Source of the DNA: Candidatus Versatilivorator sp.
GTDB lineage: Bacteria; Acidobacteriota; Terriglobia; Versatilivoradales; Versatilivoraceae
Direction of reading: 5' to 3'
NCBI GenBank assembly: GCA_965198125.1
Contig: CBDAOQ010000003.1
Location: 2,447,953 to 2,511,952 of the forward strand
Length of the DNA stretch: 64,000 nt
The first letter of the stretch is position 1. Every line of letters begins with the position of its first letter. Positions 36,608-45,552 of the stretch are shown here, one piece after another. The position numbers and the translations under genes are program-made. The notes beneath the pieces were generated by a model. It made no database searches and had not been told where the DNA came from. It saw nothing but the letters and a program-made list of their open reading frames with translations.

Positions 36608-37771
36608 TCAGGAAATCATCACGGTCCGGACAAACTGGGCGTTGTTCTCCCAGCGGGTCTTCTTCAGCTCCAGATCCCCGGCTTCGGGCTGAACCCCGCC
36701 GTAGGCATCGATGGCCCTCGACACGATGGTGTGGGTTCCCGGAGTGATATCGTCCCAAGTGCAGGTAAAGAGCTTCCAGGAATGGGCCGTGGAACGCCGG
36801 TCGATGGCGGCCGGTCTCCAGGGGCCCCCGTCGATCTTGACCTCAACGGCCTTCAGGGGCGTGCCGTCGTTCAGCACGAACCCCAGGATCCTGCAGCGGG
36901 AGCCGTTGCGGGTGACCCGGGCGACCATGGACTTCAGGCGAATGCGGCTGACCGAGGTTTCGTTCCAGACGACGCCCTCCCCGGCGGGCACTCCTCGCAG
37001 GGTGACATACTCGCGGGCCATGTACTTTCCCATGAAGCGGCGGTCCTGCACGTGGATGTGGGTCAGCCACTTGACGTTGGCCACTCCGTACCAGCCGGGC
37101 ACGATCAGGCGGGCCGGCGCCCCCTGCTCCGGGGAGAGCGGCTCCCCGTTCATCTGGTAAGCCACCAGCACTTCCGATTTCATGGCGTCCGCCAAGGCCA
37201 GGCTCCTTCCGAAGGGCTGCTCCACGGTGGTCGTGTTCCCGCCGTGAGAGACTTCCTCGGTTCCCTTGTCCGCCCCCCAGAACACGACCTCGCGGGCGTA
37301 GGACTTGATCCCCGCCTCCTTGAGGAGGCTGCTCAGGCTGACCCCGGCCCAGCGGGCGTTGCCGACCAGCGGGTTGATTCTGCGGTTGCTGTTCCCGGAG
37401 CACTCGAACCCCGCCGTGTGGGTGGATCGCGGCCGCCGCCTCAACTCCTCCAGGGTCAGCTCCCGGGGGAAATCCACCAGTCCGCTGATATGGAGACGGT
37501 AGCTGGCCGGGTCCATTGCCGGGCGCCCGTAATGCTGGACGGTGAAGAACTGGTCGCTGGGTGTCAGGAAGCTTTGGATCTTGCGAGTGTCCAGGTAGCG
37601 GATTCCGGGCCGGGGATTGGGATTGAAATCGGCCGGGAAATCGGTGAAGGGGACCAGTGTTTCGTCCTCCTCCAAGGGAGGCAGCCCGAGTGCGGGAATT
37701 GCCGAGGCGGCCCATCCGGCCAGGGCGGCGCTCCCTTGCAACAAGTGTCTGCGGCTGATGCCTTTTCTCAT
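36608..37771 (-). CDS. Sulfite oxidase-family molybdopterin oxidoreductase with Tat signal peptide
   Basis: SRRHLLQGSAALAGWAASA twin-arginine signal; Mo-co binding region (HTAGFECSGNSN, LVAYQMNGEPL, RLIVPGWYGVANVKWLTHIHV) and C-terminal dimerization domain. Confidence 0.8.
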   Translation of the reverse strand: MRKGISRRHLLQGSAALAGWAASAIPALGLPPLEEDETLVPFTDFPADFNPNPRPGIRYLDTRKIQSFLTPSDQFFTVQHYGRPAMDPASYRLHISGLVDFPRELTLEELRRRPRSTHTAGFECSGNSNRRINPLVGNARWAGVSLSSLLKEAGIKSYAREVVFWGADKGTEEVSHGGNTTTVEQPFGRSLALADAMKSEVLVAYQMNGEPLSPEQGAPARLIVPGWYGVANVKWLTHIHVQDRRFMGKYMAREYVTLRGVPAGEGVVWNETSVSRIRLKSMVARVTRNGSRCRILGFVLNDGTPLKAVEVKIDGGPWRPAAIDRRSTAHSWKLFTCTWDDITPGTHTIVSRAIDAYGGVQPEAGDLELKKTRWENNAQFVRTVMIS

Positions 37772-37834
37772 TTCATACCTCCATGTTGGCGGGGGATACC
37801 GGCCTCCGGGTGCTGCCCGAGACCGCGGGTGGTC

Positions 37835-38746
37835 TCAGGGGCGTCTCAGTCTTTCGGCGTGGACTCGAGCCACGTCTCCCATGTAGTGGTTGACGGGATA
37901 GCGGTCGGCGGCCAGAACCAGGTTTCGGCGGGCCTCAGTCTCGTCTCCCATGGCCTCATGGTACAACCCCAGGTAGAGGTGGGCGTAAAAGAGCTGCCGC
38001 TGCTTCAGGGCAGCATCGCCCTCCCCGGCGCGGGCTGCCCGCATGACTTCCTCGATCGTTCCCTCTCCCTTGAACAGTCGATAGATCTCCATCATGGGCA
38101 CCCGCGGGTCCCCTTGGATGTTCAGGAGGGACTGGCGGGCCTGGTTCACCCCGTCCAGGCGGGCGCCGCAGAGAAAGTGCCACACGGCGTTCTCCACGTC
38201 GTTGGCGTTGACCCGCTGATGGGACTGGAACTGGTCGCGGCCCTTGCGGTAGAGGCCGGCGTAGTAGTAGGAGATGCCACGCTGCCAATGGTAGGGCTCC
38301 TGCTTGGGATCCAGTTCGATGGCCCGGTCGAAATCGGCGATGGAGGCCTCGATGTGGCCCAGCTTGAAATGCTCGCTGCCCCGACGGTTGTAGACCTCCA
38401 CCAGCTTGGGATCGAGCTTCACCACGGCGTCGTAGTCGGCAATGGCATGGCGGTGACTCCCCAGCATCTCGTGGAGCCAGCCGCGGGCCAGGAACCCCTG
38501 CGGATCCCGTGGGTTTCGCTGGATGGCCCGGCTCGCCAGCGTGAGGGCGCGGGTGAAGTCCCCGCGTTGATAGGCGGTCCGGGCCTGGGACAGCAGTTGG
38601 GCCAGGGTGGGCTCCTCCGCCCGCAGGCCGCCTGCCGCCCCCCCGAGCGCCAGGATCAGCCCCAGGGTCCCGGAAAAACGCCGGCACCCGCGCCTCCATT
38701 GGAAACAGAGGACATCCCGCCGTGGAACCGGCAACCCGCGTTTCAT
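37835..38746 (-). CDS. Secreted TPR-repeat protein
   Basis: Signal-like N-terminus (FSGTLGLILALGGAAGGLRAEEP) then TPR-like helices (TAYQRGDFTRALTLASRAIQRNPRDPQGFLARGWLHEMLG...). Confidence 0.65.
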   Translation of the reverse strand: MKRGLPVPRRDVLCFQWRRGCRRFSGTLGLILALGGAAGGLRAEEPTLAQLLSQARTAYQRGDFTRALTLASRAIQRNPRDPQGFLARGWLHEMLGSHRHAIADYDAVVKLDPKLVEVYNRRGSEHFKLGHIEASIADFDRAIELDPKQEPYHWQRGISYYYAGLYRKGRDQFQSHQRVNANDVENAVWHFLCGARLDGVNQARQSLLNIQGDPRVPMMEIYRLFKGEGTIEEVMRAARAGEGDAALKQRQLFYAHLYLGLYHEAMGDETEARRNLVLAADRYPVNHYMGDVARVHAERLRRP

Positions 38747-38784
38747 ACCATCCCTCCCTGGGGCTGAAGCCCACGCTAGTTTAA

Positions 38785-38950
38785 CCCGCATTTCTCACCG
38801 GGGGGGCGTGAAAATGGCGCAGGATATTTTCCTTCAGCGCGTGCTCGCGACCGAAAAGCGTAGCGGGCACTACGTGCGAGGGAGCATGGGCGCGCTGAAG
38901 GGAAAAAGACAAGCCAGGGTGCGCCCGGCGCAGTCCGTACTCCGAAGCCT
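38785..38950. repeat. Second copy (about 170 bp) of the palindromic element found inside the mgdC-mgdD junction, here intergenic
   Basis: CCCGCATTTCTCACCGGGGGGGCGTGAAAATGGCGCAGGATATTTTCCTTCAGCGCGTGCTCGCGA...GCGCTGAAGGGAAAAAGACAAGCCAGGGTGCGCCC aligns with the reverse complement of 30720-30884. Stem positions differ by paired changes (CCCCTCAGC/GCTGAGGGG vs CCTTCAGC/GCTGAAGGG). Confidence 0.5.
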
Positions 38951-39078
38951 CAAGAATCGGGCCAGTAGGCTATGAAATCCGAGGAATCCGCGCTATCGGT
39001 GGGGCTTGACAGTGCCCCCGCAGTTAAGGCAACGTTTTCCGGTCTGAAAGGGTCTGGGGTCGACAGCCGGACCCGATC

Positions 39079-39873
39079 ATGGATCAACCCAAAGGAGTTC
39101 TCATGAAACGCCTATCCATCTTGCTTCCTGCCCTGGCGATCGGACTTTGTCTGGTCTTCATTCTACTGTCACGGCTCGGTCCCGCTTCGGGAGCGGCCCC
39201 GCAGCCGCAGTCCGAAGGCCTTACCCAGGCTCAGATCATCGAGGCCCTCAAGAAGGCCAGCACCGGCAACCTGGCGGATGCCATCGAGACCGCTACCGGA
39301 AGGGCCGGATTCATGAGCCACGACATGAAGCCCATCTTCCGGGCCAAGGTGGTGGGTCCGGCGGCGACGGCGCTGTTGAGGCCGATCTTGACCACCGACA
39401 AACGCAAGTATCCCAACTACCACCTCCAGGTGCTGGACGAGGCCCCGGCGGGGAGCGTTCTGGTCTATGTCCTGGAAAACGGCCTGCACGTTTCCGGCAT
39501 CGGCAACCTCATGGCCACCACCGCCACGGTCCGGGGTCTGGCGGGGGCGGTGATTGACGGAGCCGCCAGGGACATCGAGGAAATCGAGCGGATCGGCTTT
39601 CCGGTCTACAGCCGAGCCGTCAGCCCGGCCACGGTGGTCGGGCGCTACGTGAGCGTTTCCATGCAGGAACCCGTGATCTGCGCCGGTGTCCCGGTGCGGC
39701 CGGGCGACTACATCGTGGGGGACAGCGATGGCGTGGTGGTGGTTCCCGCCGACCGGGCCGAAGATGTGCTGGCCCTGATCCGGGAGTACGATGAGAAAGA
39801 GAGCGCCATGATCCCCTTGATCAAGGAGACCAAGTCCATGCTCAAGGCCCTGGCCAAGTACGGCCGGTACTGA
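39079..39873 (+). CDS. RraA-family (RraA/MenG/4-hydroxy-4-methyl-2-oxoglutarate aldolase fold) protein with an N-terminal signal/anchor sequence
   Basis: MKRLSILLPALAIGLCLVFILLS hydrophobic N-terminus, then RraA-like core (LADAIE...GFMSHDMKPIF...VVGPAATALLRP...GSVLVY..ENGLH.SGIG.LMAT.A..RGLAGAVIDGAARDIEEI...GFPVYSR). Confidence 0.6.
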   Translation: MDQPKGVLMKRLSILLPALAIGLCLVFILLSRLGPASGAAPQPQSEGLTQAQIIEALKKASTGNLADAIETATGRAGFMSHDMKPIFRAKVVGPAATALLRPILTTDKRKYPNYHLQVLDEAPAGSVLVYVLENGLHVSGIGNLMATTATVRGLAGAVIDGAARDIEEIERIGFPVYSRAVSPATVVGRYVSVSMQEPVICAGVPVRPGDYIVGDSDGVVVVPADRAEDVLALIREYDEKESAMIPLIKETKSMLKALAKYGRY

Positions 39874-39886
39874 GGTCGTTGGCGTT

Positions 39887-41164
39887 CTAATGCTTCGGTT
39901 CCGGCAGCCGCCAGCGGACGATCTCCAAGTGAGTCTTCTCGTCCGGGGTGCGGTAGGAGTAGCTGGTGACCAGCGTTCCATCCTCCAGTTGCACCGTAGG
40001 CCCGAACCCGCCACCGCTGAGCATCCCAATGGGGTTCTTGGAGTCCAGAATGATACGGTCATCGCGGAAGTCCAATTGGAAGCCCTCCGGAACTTCCCGG
40101 CCCAGCACCGCCCGAACGCCCGGGGGCGGGGTGTTCGGAGGCACGGCTGCCCTCAGGGTAAAGGTGAACAGCAGGCGGCCATCCCGCAAGCGCATCAGGG
40201 CGGGGTACATCTCTCCGTAGTAGCTGCCGAACTCCTCCAGCGACCAATGGTGCCCGCCGTCTCGAGAGCGGTAGAGGACCATCCTCTCGTAATGGTCGAT
40301 CTTCTCGGCGGGAATTTCCGTTCCCGGCAGGGGCGGAAAGTACTTGGGAGTGATCCGGCAGACGGCCAGCAGGTCGCCGGCGGGCGCCTGCCAGAGAAAG
40401 GCCTCTCCCAGGATGGGGAAGGGCAGGGTGCTTTGCTCCACACCCCCAAAGCGGCAAGCCAGGGACTTGTCCCAGGTCTCGCCGCCGTCGTTTGATCTCC
40501 AGAGGAATTCGTGGCCGCCCTTGCCGGCGACAGCGAAGACCAGCGCTCCACCCTCCAGTTCCAGAACATTGCGGCCGGTTACCACCGTATCCGGGCCCTC
40601 CATCCCCTTCAGGGCCTGGAAGCCGATTCGCTGCCCCTCCCAATGGTCTCCCCCGTCGGTGGACCGGTAGAGAAAGCTTTGGGTGTAGCCTTCCCGGTTT
40701 CCCCTGGCCCTGGGGAGGAGATGGGTGCTGACGAAAATGGTGCCGTCGGAGGTGACCGACAAATAGGGTTCCCGGCCCAGCACATCCAGTTTCCGGCGCC
40801 GGGACCAGGTTCGACCTCCGTCTCCGGAGCGGTAGAGGAAGGCGTACTCTTCGGGAACTCCCCCCTGCCGGGGTGCGTGGAACGCCACCAGCAGCAGCTC
40901 CCCGCCGGGCAGCCGGGCGATGCAGGGCTTGTAGTCCTCCGGGATGCCGATGGGAATCCGCTCCCCAACCAGTTGGGTCTTCCCGATGGTTCTGGGATTA
41001 GTCACCCGGACCGGGTCGTCAGGCTGGAGAGCCCCGGAAGCACAGCCTCCCGCGGCCAGGCCGGATGCCGCAACAGCCGACAGGACCAGGGACCGGAATG
41101 GAGAGTGGGCCGGCCGGCAGGAGCCCGGACAGCCCGCGGGCAGGCGGGAAGGAGTGGTTGACAT
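39887..41164 (-). CDS. BNR/Asp-box repeat (sialidase-like) lipoprotein
   Basis: Lipobox-like LAAGGC after a signal peptide; four SxDxGxTW-type boxes (SGDGGRTW, STDGGDHW, SNDGGETW, SRDGGHHW). Start MSTTPSRL chosen (the track ORF extends 105 codons further through GC-rich sequence). Confidence 0.7.
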   Translation of the reverse strand: MSTTPSRLPAGCPGSCRPAHSPFRSLVLSAVAASGLAAGGCASGALQPDDPVRVTNPRTIGKTQLVGERIPIGIPEDYKPCIARLPGGELLLVAFHAPRQGGVPEEYAFLYRSGDGGRTWSRRRKLDVLGREPYLSVTSDGTIFVSTHLLPRARGNREGYTQSFLYRSTDGGDHWEGQRIGFQALKGMEGPDTVVTGRNVLELEGGALVFAVAGKGGHEFLWRSNDGGETWDKSLACRFGGVEQSTLPFPILGEAFLWQAPAGDLLAVCRITPKYFPPLPGTEIPAEKIDHYERMVLYRSRDGGHHWSLEEFGSYYGEMYPALMRLRDGRLLFTFTLRAAVPPNTPPPGVRAVLGREVPEGFQLDFRDDRIILDSKNPIGMLSGGGFGPTVQLEDGTLVTSYSYRTPDEKTHLEIVRWRLPEPKH

Positions 41165-41375
41165 GGAAGCCCCCATTTTCTTGGTCGAGCGGCCCGTCAA
41201 GCGGCCGGGTTCCCGGCAACAGCGCCCGACGGGCTGCCTGCAGATGTTATCTCCGGAGGGGTTGGGGTGGAAGGGGAATCCACAAATTAACCCTTGGAAA
41301 CGCCTCCTGATCTCTCTAGGATGGAACCGGAGACCGGCTCTGTAGCCAGGGACCGGCTCGGAAAGGATTCCAGCC

Positions 41376-42482
41376 ATGCCGCCCATCCGGATGGTGGATC
41401 TGCGACGCCAGCACCGGAGCCTCAAGCAGCCCATCGAGGCTGCCGTGCGGGAGGTTCTGGAAGATTGCGACTTCGTCATGGGCCGGGCCGTGGCCGAGTT
41501 CGAGGCCGAGCTGAGCCGCTATCTGGGGGTCGGCTTTGCCGTGGGATGCGCCTCGGGCACCGACGCCCTGCGGATTGCTCTGATGGCCCTGGAGATCGGA
41601 CCGGGCGACGAGGTCGTCACCACTCCCTTTAGCTTCGCCGCCACGGTCGAGACCATCGTGCTGCAAGGGGCCCGTCCCGTCTTTGCGGACATCGATCCCA
41701 GGACCTACAACCTGGATCCCGGCCGGATCGGGGAGCGGATCACTTCCAGGACCAAGGCCATCCTGCCGGTCCACCTCTTTGGCCATCCCGCCGATATGGC
41801 TCCCATCCTGGCCCTCGCCCGGGAGAGAAAACTGCGGGTCATCGAAGACGCCGCCCAGGCCGTGGGAGCCCGCTATCGGGGACAATGCGCCGGGACCCTG
41901 GGCGATATCGGTTGTCTCAGCTTCTATCCGGCCAAGCATCTGGGCGCCTGCGGAGACGGGGGAGCGCTGCTGACCAACGATCCCGAACTGGCCCGAAAAT
42001 GCCGCATGATCGGCCTGCATGGCTCGGAGCAGCGATACCGGCATGAGTTCCCCGGCCTCAACAGCCGTCTGGATTCCCTGCAGGCAGCCATCCTCAAGGT
42101 CAAGCTTCCCCACCTGGAGTCCTGGATCGAGAGGCGCATCCGGATCGCCGAGGCTTACGATCGGGCCCTGCAGCCTCTACCACCCACCCCGCCCTACCGC
42201 GCTCCAGGGGTCCGGCACGTCTACAACCAGTACTCCATCCGCTCCCCCCGCCGCGACCGGCTGGCCGAATTCCTCCGGGCCAGAGGCGTGGATTGCGCCA
42301 TTCACTACCCCCTCCCGCTCCATCTCCAGCCGGCTTACCGGACCTGGGCACAGGGCGCCGGGTCGTTGCCCCACGCCGAGGCCCTCGCCGGAGAGATCCT
42401 TTCCCTGCCTGTTTTTCCGGAATTGACGCCGGACGAGATGGACAGGGTGGCCAACGCGGTCCGCGATTTCTGGAAGGGGTAA
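41376..42482 (+). CDS. DegT/DnrJ/EryC1/StrS-family PLP-dependent aminotransferase
   Basis: 368 aa; DFVMGRAV.EFE...ASGTDALRIAL...DEVVTTPFSFAATVE...KAILPVHLFGHPADM..I...A....L.VIEDAAQA.GA.Y.G...G..GD.GC.SF...K.L motifs of the family. Confidence 0.85.
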   Translation: MPPIRMVDLRRQHRSLKQPIEAAVREVLEDCDFVMGRAVAEFEAELSRYLGVGFAVGCASGTDALRIALMALEIGPGDEVVTTPFSFAATVETIVLQGARPVFADIDPRTYNLDPGRIGERITSRTKAILPVHLFGHPADMAPILALARERKLRVIEDAAQAVGARYRGQCAGTLGDIGCLSFYPAKHLGACGDGGALLTNDPELARKCRMIGLHGSEQRYRHEFPGLNSRLDSLQAAILKVKLPHLESWIERRIRIAEAYDRALQPLPPTPPYRAPGVRHVYNQYSIRSPRRDRLAEFLRARGVDCAIHYPLPLHLQPAYRTWAQGAGSLPHAEALAGEILSLPVFPELTPDEMDRVANAVRDFWKG

Positions 42483-42519
42483 CGCATTTCTCAACGGGGG
42501 GCGGTCACCGGGGAGGGAG

Positions 42520-42857
42520 CTACGAGGCTGCGCGGGCATGGGTGATGGCCTCGCGGAGGCCTTCCAGGAGTCCTTCCAGCCTGGCCTGGCCATGCTCGAG
42601 GCGGGCGACCCGCTGTTCGAGCTGTTTCAGATCGTCGCGGAGGCCGGATAACTCCCGGCGCAGGCGGGCTTCGGATTGTTTAATCTCATCCCGCAGGCGG
42701 GCTTCGAATTGTTTGATCTCATCCCGCAGGCGGGTTTCCAGAGAGGCCATGTCCAGCCTCTGGGCACGGTTGTTGGCAACCATCAATCCGGCCAGCGCAA
42801 TACCAACGCTCAACAGGATTGCACCGACGTGAGGATGCCAATCAACTCAGGGCTCAT
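42520..42857 (-). pseudogene. Small N-terminally anchored hendecad-repeat coiled-coil protein, paralog 1; apparent frameshift near the N-terminus
   Basis: ATG at 42855-42857 gives MSPELIGILTSVQSC* (same N-terminus as the paralog at 46999: MSPEVISIV...). The main frame continues SVGIALAGLMVANN...RLRDEIKQFEARLRDEIKQSEARLRRELSGLRDDL with 11-residue repeats. Confidence 0.45.
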
Positions 42858-43103
42858 GGTGGACATGGTGAAGCCACTATTGCACGGCCCCGGGGAGAAC
42901 CCGACAACAGCCCGGAGATCCTCAGGGGCCGGCCGGGAAGCTGGAGCCACAGGTAACGGGGGAAAGCCGGAGGCTGGTTGCCAGCCTCGGGGATGCGGTC
43001 GAAGTCGGCGCTGGCGGAACCCGAGCCGCTTCATTGACCTTCGGCGGCTATCTGCACGGTTGCCGCACCACTGCCGGCAACAGGTTTCATCTCGGTCAGC
43101 AGC

Positions 43104-43308
43104 TCAGCGGTTCGGAGAGGAGGGAGTCTTTTGGCCCTTGGGGCCGGCGTCGGACGACTTCCGACCATTGCCGGATTCGGTGCTGGAGCCGGAGGATTCA
43201 GCGCCGGTCTTGGATTCAGCGCCAGTTTTGGATTCGGCAGCAGTCTTGGATTCGGCCTCGGACTTGGCCTCGGACTTGGGCGTGGATTCCGGCTTGCGGG
43301 GGAAAACA
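43104..43308 (-). pseudogene. Fragment of a paralog of the FmdB-family gene (C-terminal S/K/E-rich tail only), interrupted by the MITE/IS insertion at 43309
   Basis: 43055-43308 is about 95% identical to 55022-55290 (tail region of the fmdB-like gene at 55082..55450). Homology stops exactly at the MITE terminus. Confidence 0.45.
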
Positions 43309-43324
43309 GGGGACGTTGTTGAAT

Positions 43325-44808
43325 GAGCCTTTTGCAAAATTCGCAGTGGAGCATGACATTTTGCTGGCTAACGTGATGTTCCGCTTGTGATTACCCGACA
43401 GCAAGGACACTTTCAAGCGGAAATGCCCGGATCTGAGGGCCGGATCGCAGGCGGTCGCCGTGCGCGGGCACAGCTTGCCCTCTCCCTGCCCTACGGCGGG
43501 CAAACCTGCTGTCCTGTTCGGGGTGGCGGCCAAGTCTTCAGAGCGTCAGGCGCATCAACTGTTCCACCGTCAGCGCGAGGATGCCGAACATCAGGTGGCA
43601 CCACACCTTGCCCGGGCCGCGAACCCTCAGGTACCGCCCGCCAAACTCGTCCTTGAGCCGTCCGTTCACCCGCTCCACAGTCGAGCGCTCCCGGTAGCGC
43701 CTCACCTCGGGAGGCACTTGGCCGATGCGGCGCTGAGCCAGCGCCTCCCGCTTCCGCTCGGCTTTCAACTGCGGCCGCCTGCGGGGATTGAGGTCGATGA
43801 TCGGCACATGGCCCAGCTGCTCACTGAAGGCCCGGATCTCAGGCGCGTCATAGGCGCTGTCCATCAGGTCGTAGAGGCTGTCGACCCGACTCGCGGTCAG
43901 CCTCGCCAGCGGGATCGCCGCCTGACTGTCATGCACCGAGGCTGACGTCAGCAGGCAACTGACCGGAATGCCGCCGTCGATGGCGTCGATGTGCAGCTTG
44001 TAGCCGGTCCAACTCTCCTGATGCCCTTTGGCGTTGCGCTTGACGCCGATGTCGCAGACCTTCGGCAGGTCCTCCAGCATCTCCTCCAGCGTCATCGACG
44101 CCTGCCGCTGCAGGCGGCGCGGCTCCTTCGCCCGTAGCTCGTCCTTGCGCGGCCGACCCCGTCGGCGCTTCGGCCTGGCCGTCGCTGCGGGCTTGGGCGC
44201 CGGCGATTCTCGTCCCGGGATGGCGGTCGAGTCCCTCGAGACGTGGCCCGCCAAGTGGCCCTTCAGCGTTCTGTCGAGCAGCGCCTCATGCAGGCGCCCC
44301 GGCAGGTCGCTGGCGGCGAATTCCGCAAACGCGCGAGAGAAGGTTGCCTCGCTCGGCACCCCACCCGCCGCCTCCCAGCCGCACAGGCGGCGCAGGGTAG
44401 GTTCCGTCCTCAGCCGCTCCACCAGCCCCCGGGTGGTGGGCACGTCCAGCACCGCCTTCGCCAGAAAGGCCCGCGCCAGCGCGGCACGATCCTTCAGCGG
44501 CCGGCCCCGCCAGCCCCTGTTGTAGGGCAGCCACTCCTCCACTCGCACCAGTTCCAGCACCCGGACGAGCCGCTCGTAGCGCTCGCCCAGGGGACCCAGG
44601 GTCTCCTCCAGCCACGGAAACAGCTCCCGTTGAAACCTGAACCAGTGTCGTGATAGGGTTTGTTTAAGGGACAAGTTCCACCTCCGTTCATCATGTCGAT
44701 TGCTCATCTCCATGATACAATAGAGATCGGACTTGTCCCGCGACTGACCTGTCCCCTTACCTTTCCTGGTAAAAAATCCCGCTACCTGACGAATTTTGCA
44801 AAAGGCTC
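43325..44808. mobile_element. IS element, copy 1 (about 1.48 kb), IS4/IS5-superfamily DDE transposase, 19-bp IRs GAGCCTTTTGCAAAATTCG
   Basis: Perfect terminal IRs; single transposase ORF; second copy at 51111-52550; miniature derivative at 19237-19309. Confidence 0.65.
43538..44713 (-). CDS. DDE transposase (DDE_Tnp_1-like, IS4/IS5 superfamily), copy 1
   Basis: 391 aa from MEMSNRHDERRWNL...; C-terminal RYRERSTVERVNGRLKDEFGGRYLRVRGPGKVWCHLMFGILALTVEQLMRL typical of IS4/IS5-type transposases. The track ORF is longer only because the stop-free frame reads through the MITE. Confidence 0.75.
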   Translation of the reverse strand: MEMSNRHDERRWNLSLKQTLSRHWFRFQRELFPWLEETLGPLGERYERLVRVLELVRVEEWLPYNRGWRGRPLKDRAALARAFLAKAVLDVPTTRGLVERLRTEPTLRRLCGWEAAGGVPSEATFSRAFAEFAASDLPGRLHEALLDRTLKGHLAGHVSRDSTAIPGRESPAPKPAATARPKRRRGRPRKDELRAKEPRRLQRQASMTLEEMLEDLPKVCDIGVKRNAKGHQESWTGYKLHIDAIDGGIPVSCLLTSASVHDSQAAIPLARLTASRVDSLYDLMDSAYDAPEIRAFSEQLGHVPIIDLNPRRRPQLKAERKREALAQRRIGQVPPEVRRYRERSTVERVNGRLKDEFGGRYLRVRGPGKVWCHLMFGILALTVEQLMRLTL

Positions 44809-45312
44809 GAATAACTGGAAATACGGGGCGGGGCGATTCTGAAATGCCTTGGGTATGGCCGGAAGGGCTCGATACCGCGTAGTGTAACAGGGTATGCTGC
44901 GAACCAAGGCCGTTCAGCCGGGCTTGACGGAACGCCGGCTGCTCGTTTCCTGCCAGCAACGGCTCAGAAGCCGGAACAAAGTTATTCCGGTAAGTCAACA
45001 ACGTCCCCTTACTTTTAGCTGGCGTATGCACCGGAAGCGTGCCAGAAAGTACAGAGGCTGGCTGATGGCTCGGATGAACTCCCAAAGAGGGGACGAGCTC
45101 GGCGACAGGCTGGAAATCCTATGGGGGCCTGACTATCGGGGGCGCCACGATCTACTTCGTTTCAAAGGGAAAGCCACACAATTATGCTTCGCAGAGCTTC
45201 CGGAAAACTTCTCCTTGCCCCTGGTGGACAAACGGCAGGAAATTGAGTCTTTCGATGTCGATGAGGGAATGCGGAGTATCGGCGTTACCCGCATCTCTCC
45301 TCCGTTTGACGA

Positions 45313-45442
45313 TTAGACTTGGTTTCGGCCAGGTAGCTTCAAGTGCTTGGGACTCATCTTGCGAAGGGTACCTATGCAGGTGCGCTTGAGCATGGCCCAA
45401 AACGACTCCATGCCGTTGGTGTGGGCGTGGCCCTGGACGCAG
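45313..45442 (-). pseudogene. C-terminal fragment of an IS1595/ISXO2-like transposase
   Basis: Frame reads CVQGHAHTNGMESFWAMLKRTCIGTLRKMSPKHLKLPGRNQV*, matching the conserved HTN..E.FW..LKR...G..H..S.KHL C-terminal motif of ISXO2-like transposases; no upstream part. Confidence 0.4.
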
Positions 45443-45552
45443 AAAACTCTGGAAGGGGTTTGGACAGTCTAAGCCCTGCGGGACGACCCGAAAAGCCCGC
45501 CGTGGAGAATCCTGTTCGGACATCGAGGAGTTCTGAGGCCGTCGAGGGGACG

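Larger units (their letters stand above)
43309..45008. mobile_element. Composite element: GGGGACGTTGTTGA-type MITE carrying a nested IS4/IS5-like insertion sequence
   Basis: MITE left end GGGGACGTTGTTGAAT (43309-43324) then IS IR GAGCCTTTTGCAAAATTCG; IS right IR ...CGAATTTTGCAAAAGGCTC (to 44808) followed by the remaining about 200 bp of the MITE ending ...GTAAGTCAACAACGTCCCC (45008). GAAT flanks the IS on both sides. Confidence 0.6.

Noticed and set aside
38607-38975. 122-aa ORF containing MAQDIFLQRVLATEKRSG... overlapping the palindromic element copy
   Set aside because: The homologous position in the other element copy has a stop at codon 3 (ATG GCG TAG), so the reading frame is not conserved. 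The sequence is better explained as a structured non-coding repeat.
44894-45316. 140-aa plus-strand ORF starting inside the MITE right arm
   Set aside because: Its N-terminal third is MITE sequence and there is no recognisable domain; likely a chance ORF. The only credible coding remnant here is the ISXO2-like tail on the minus strand.
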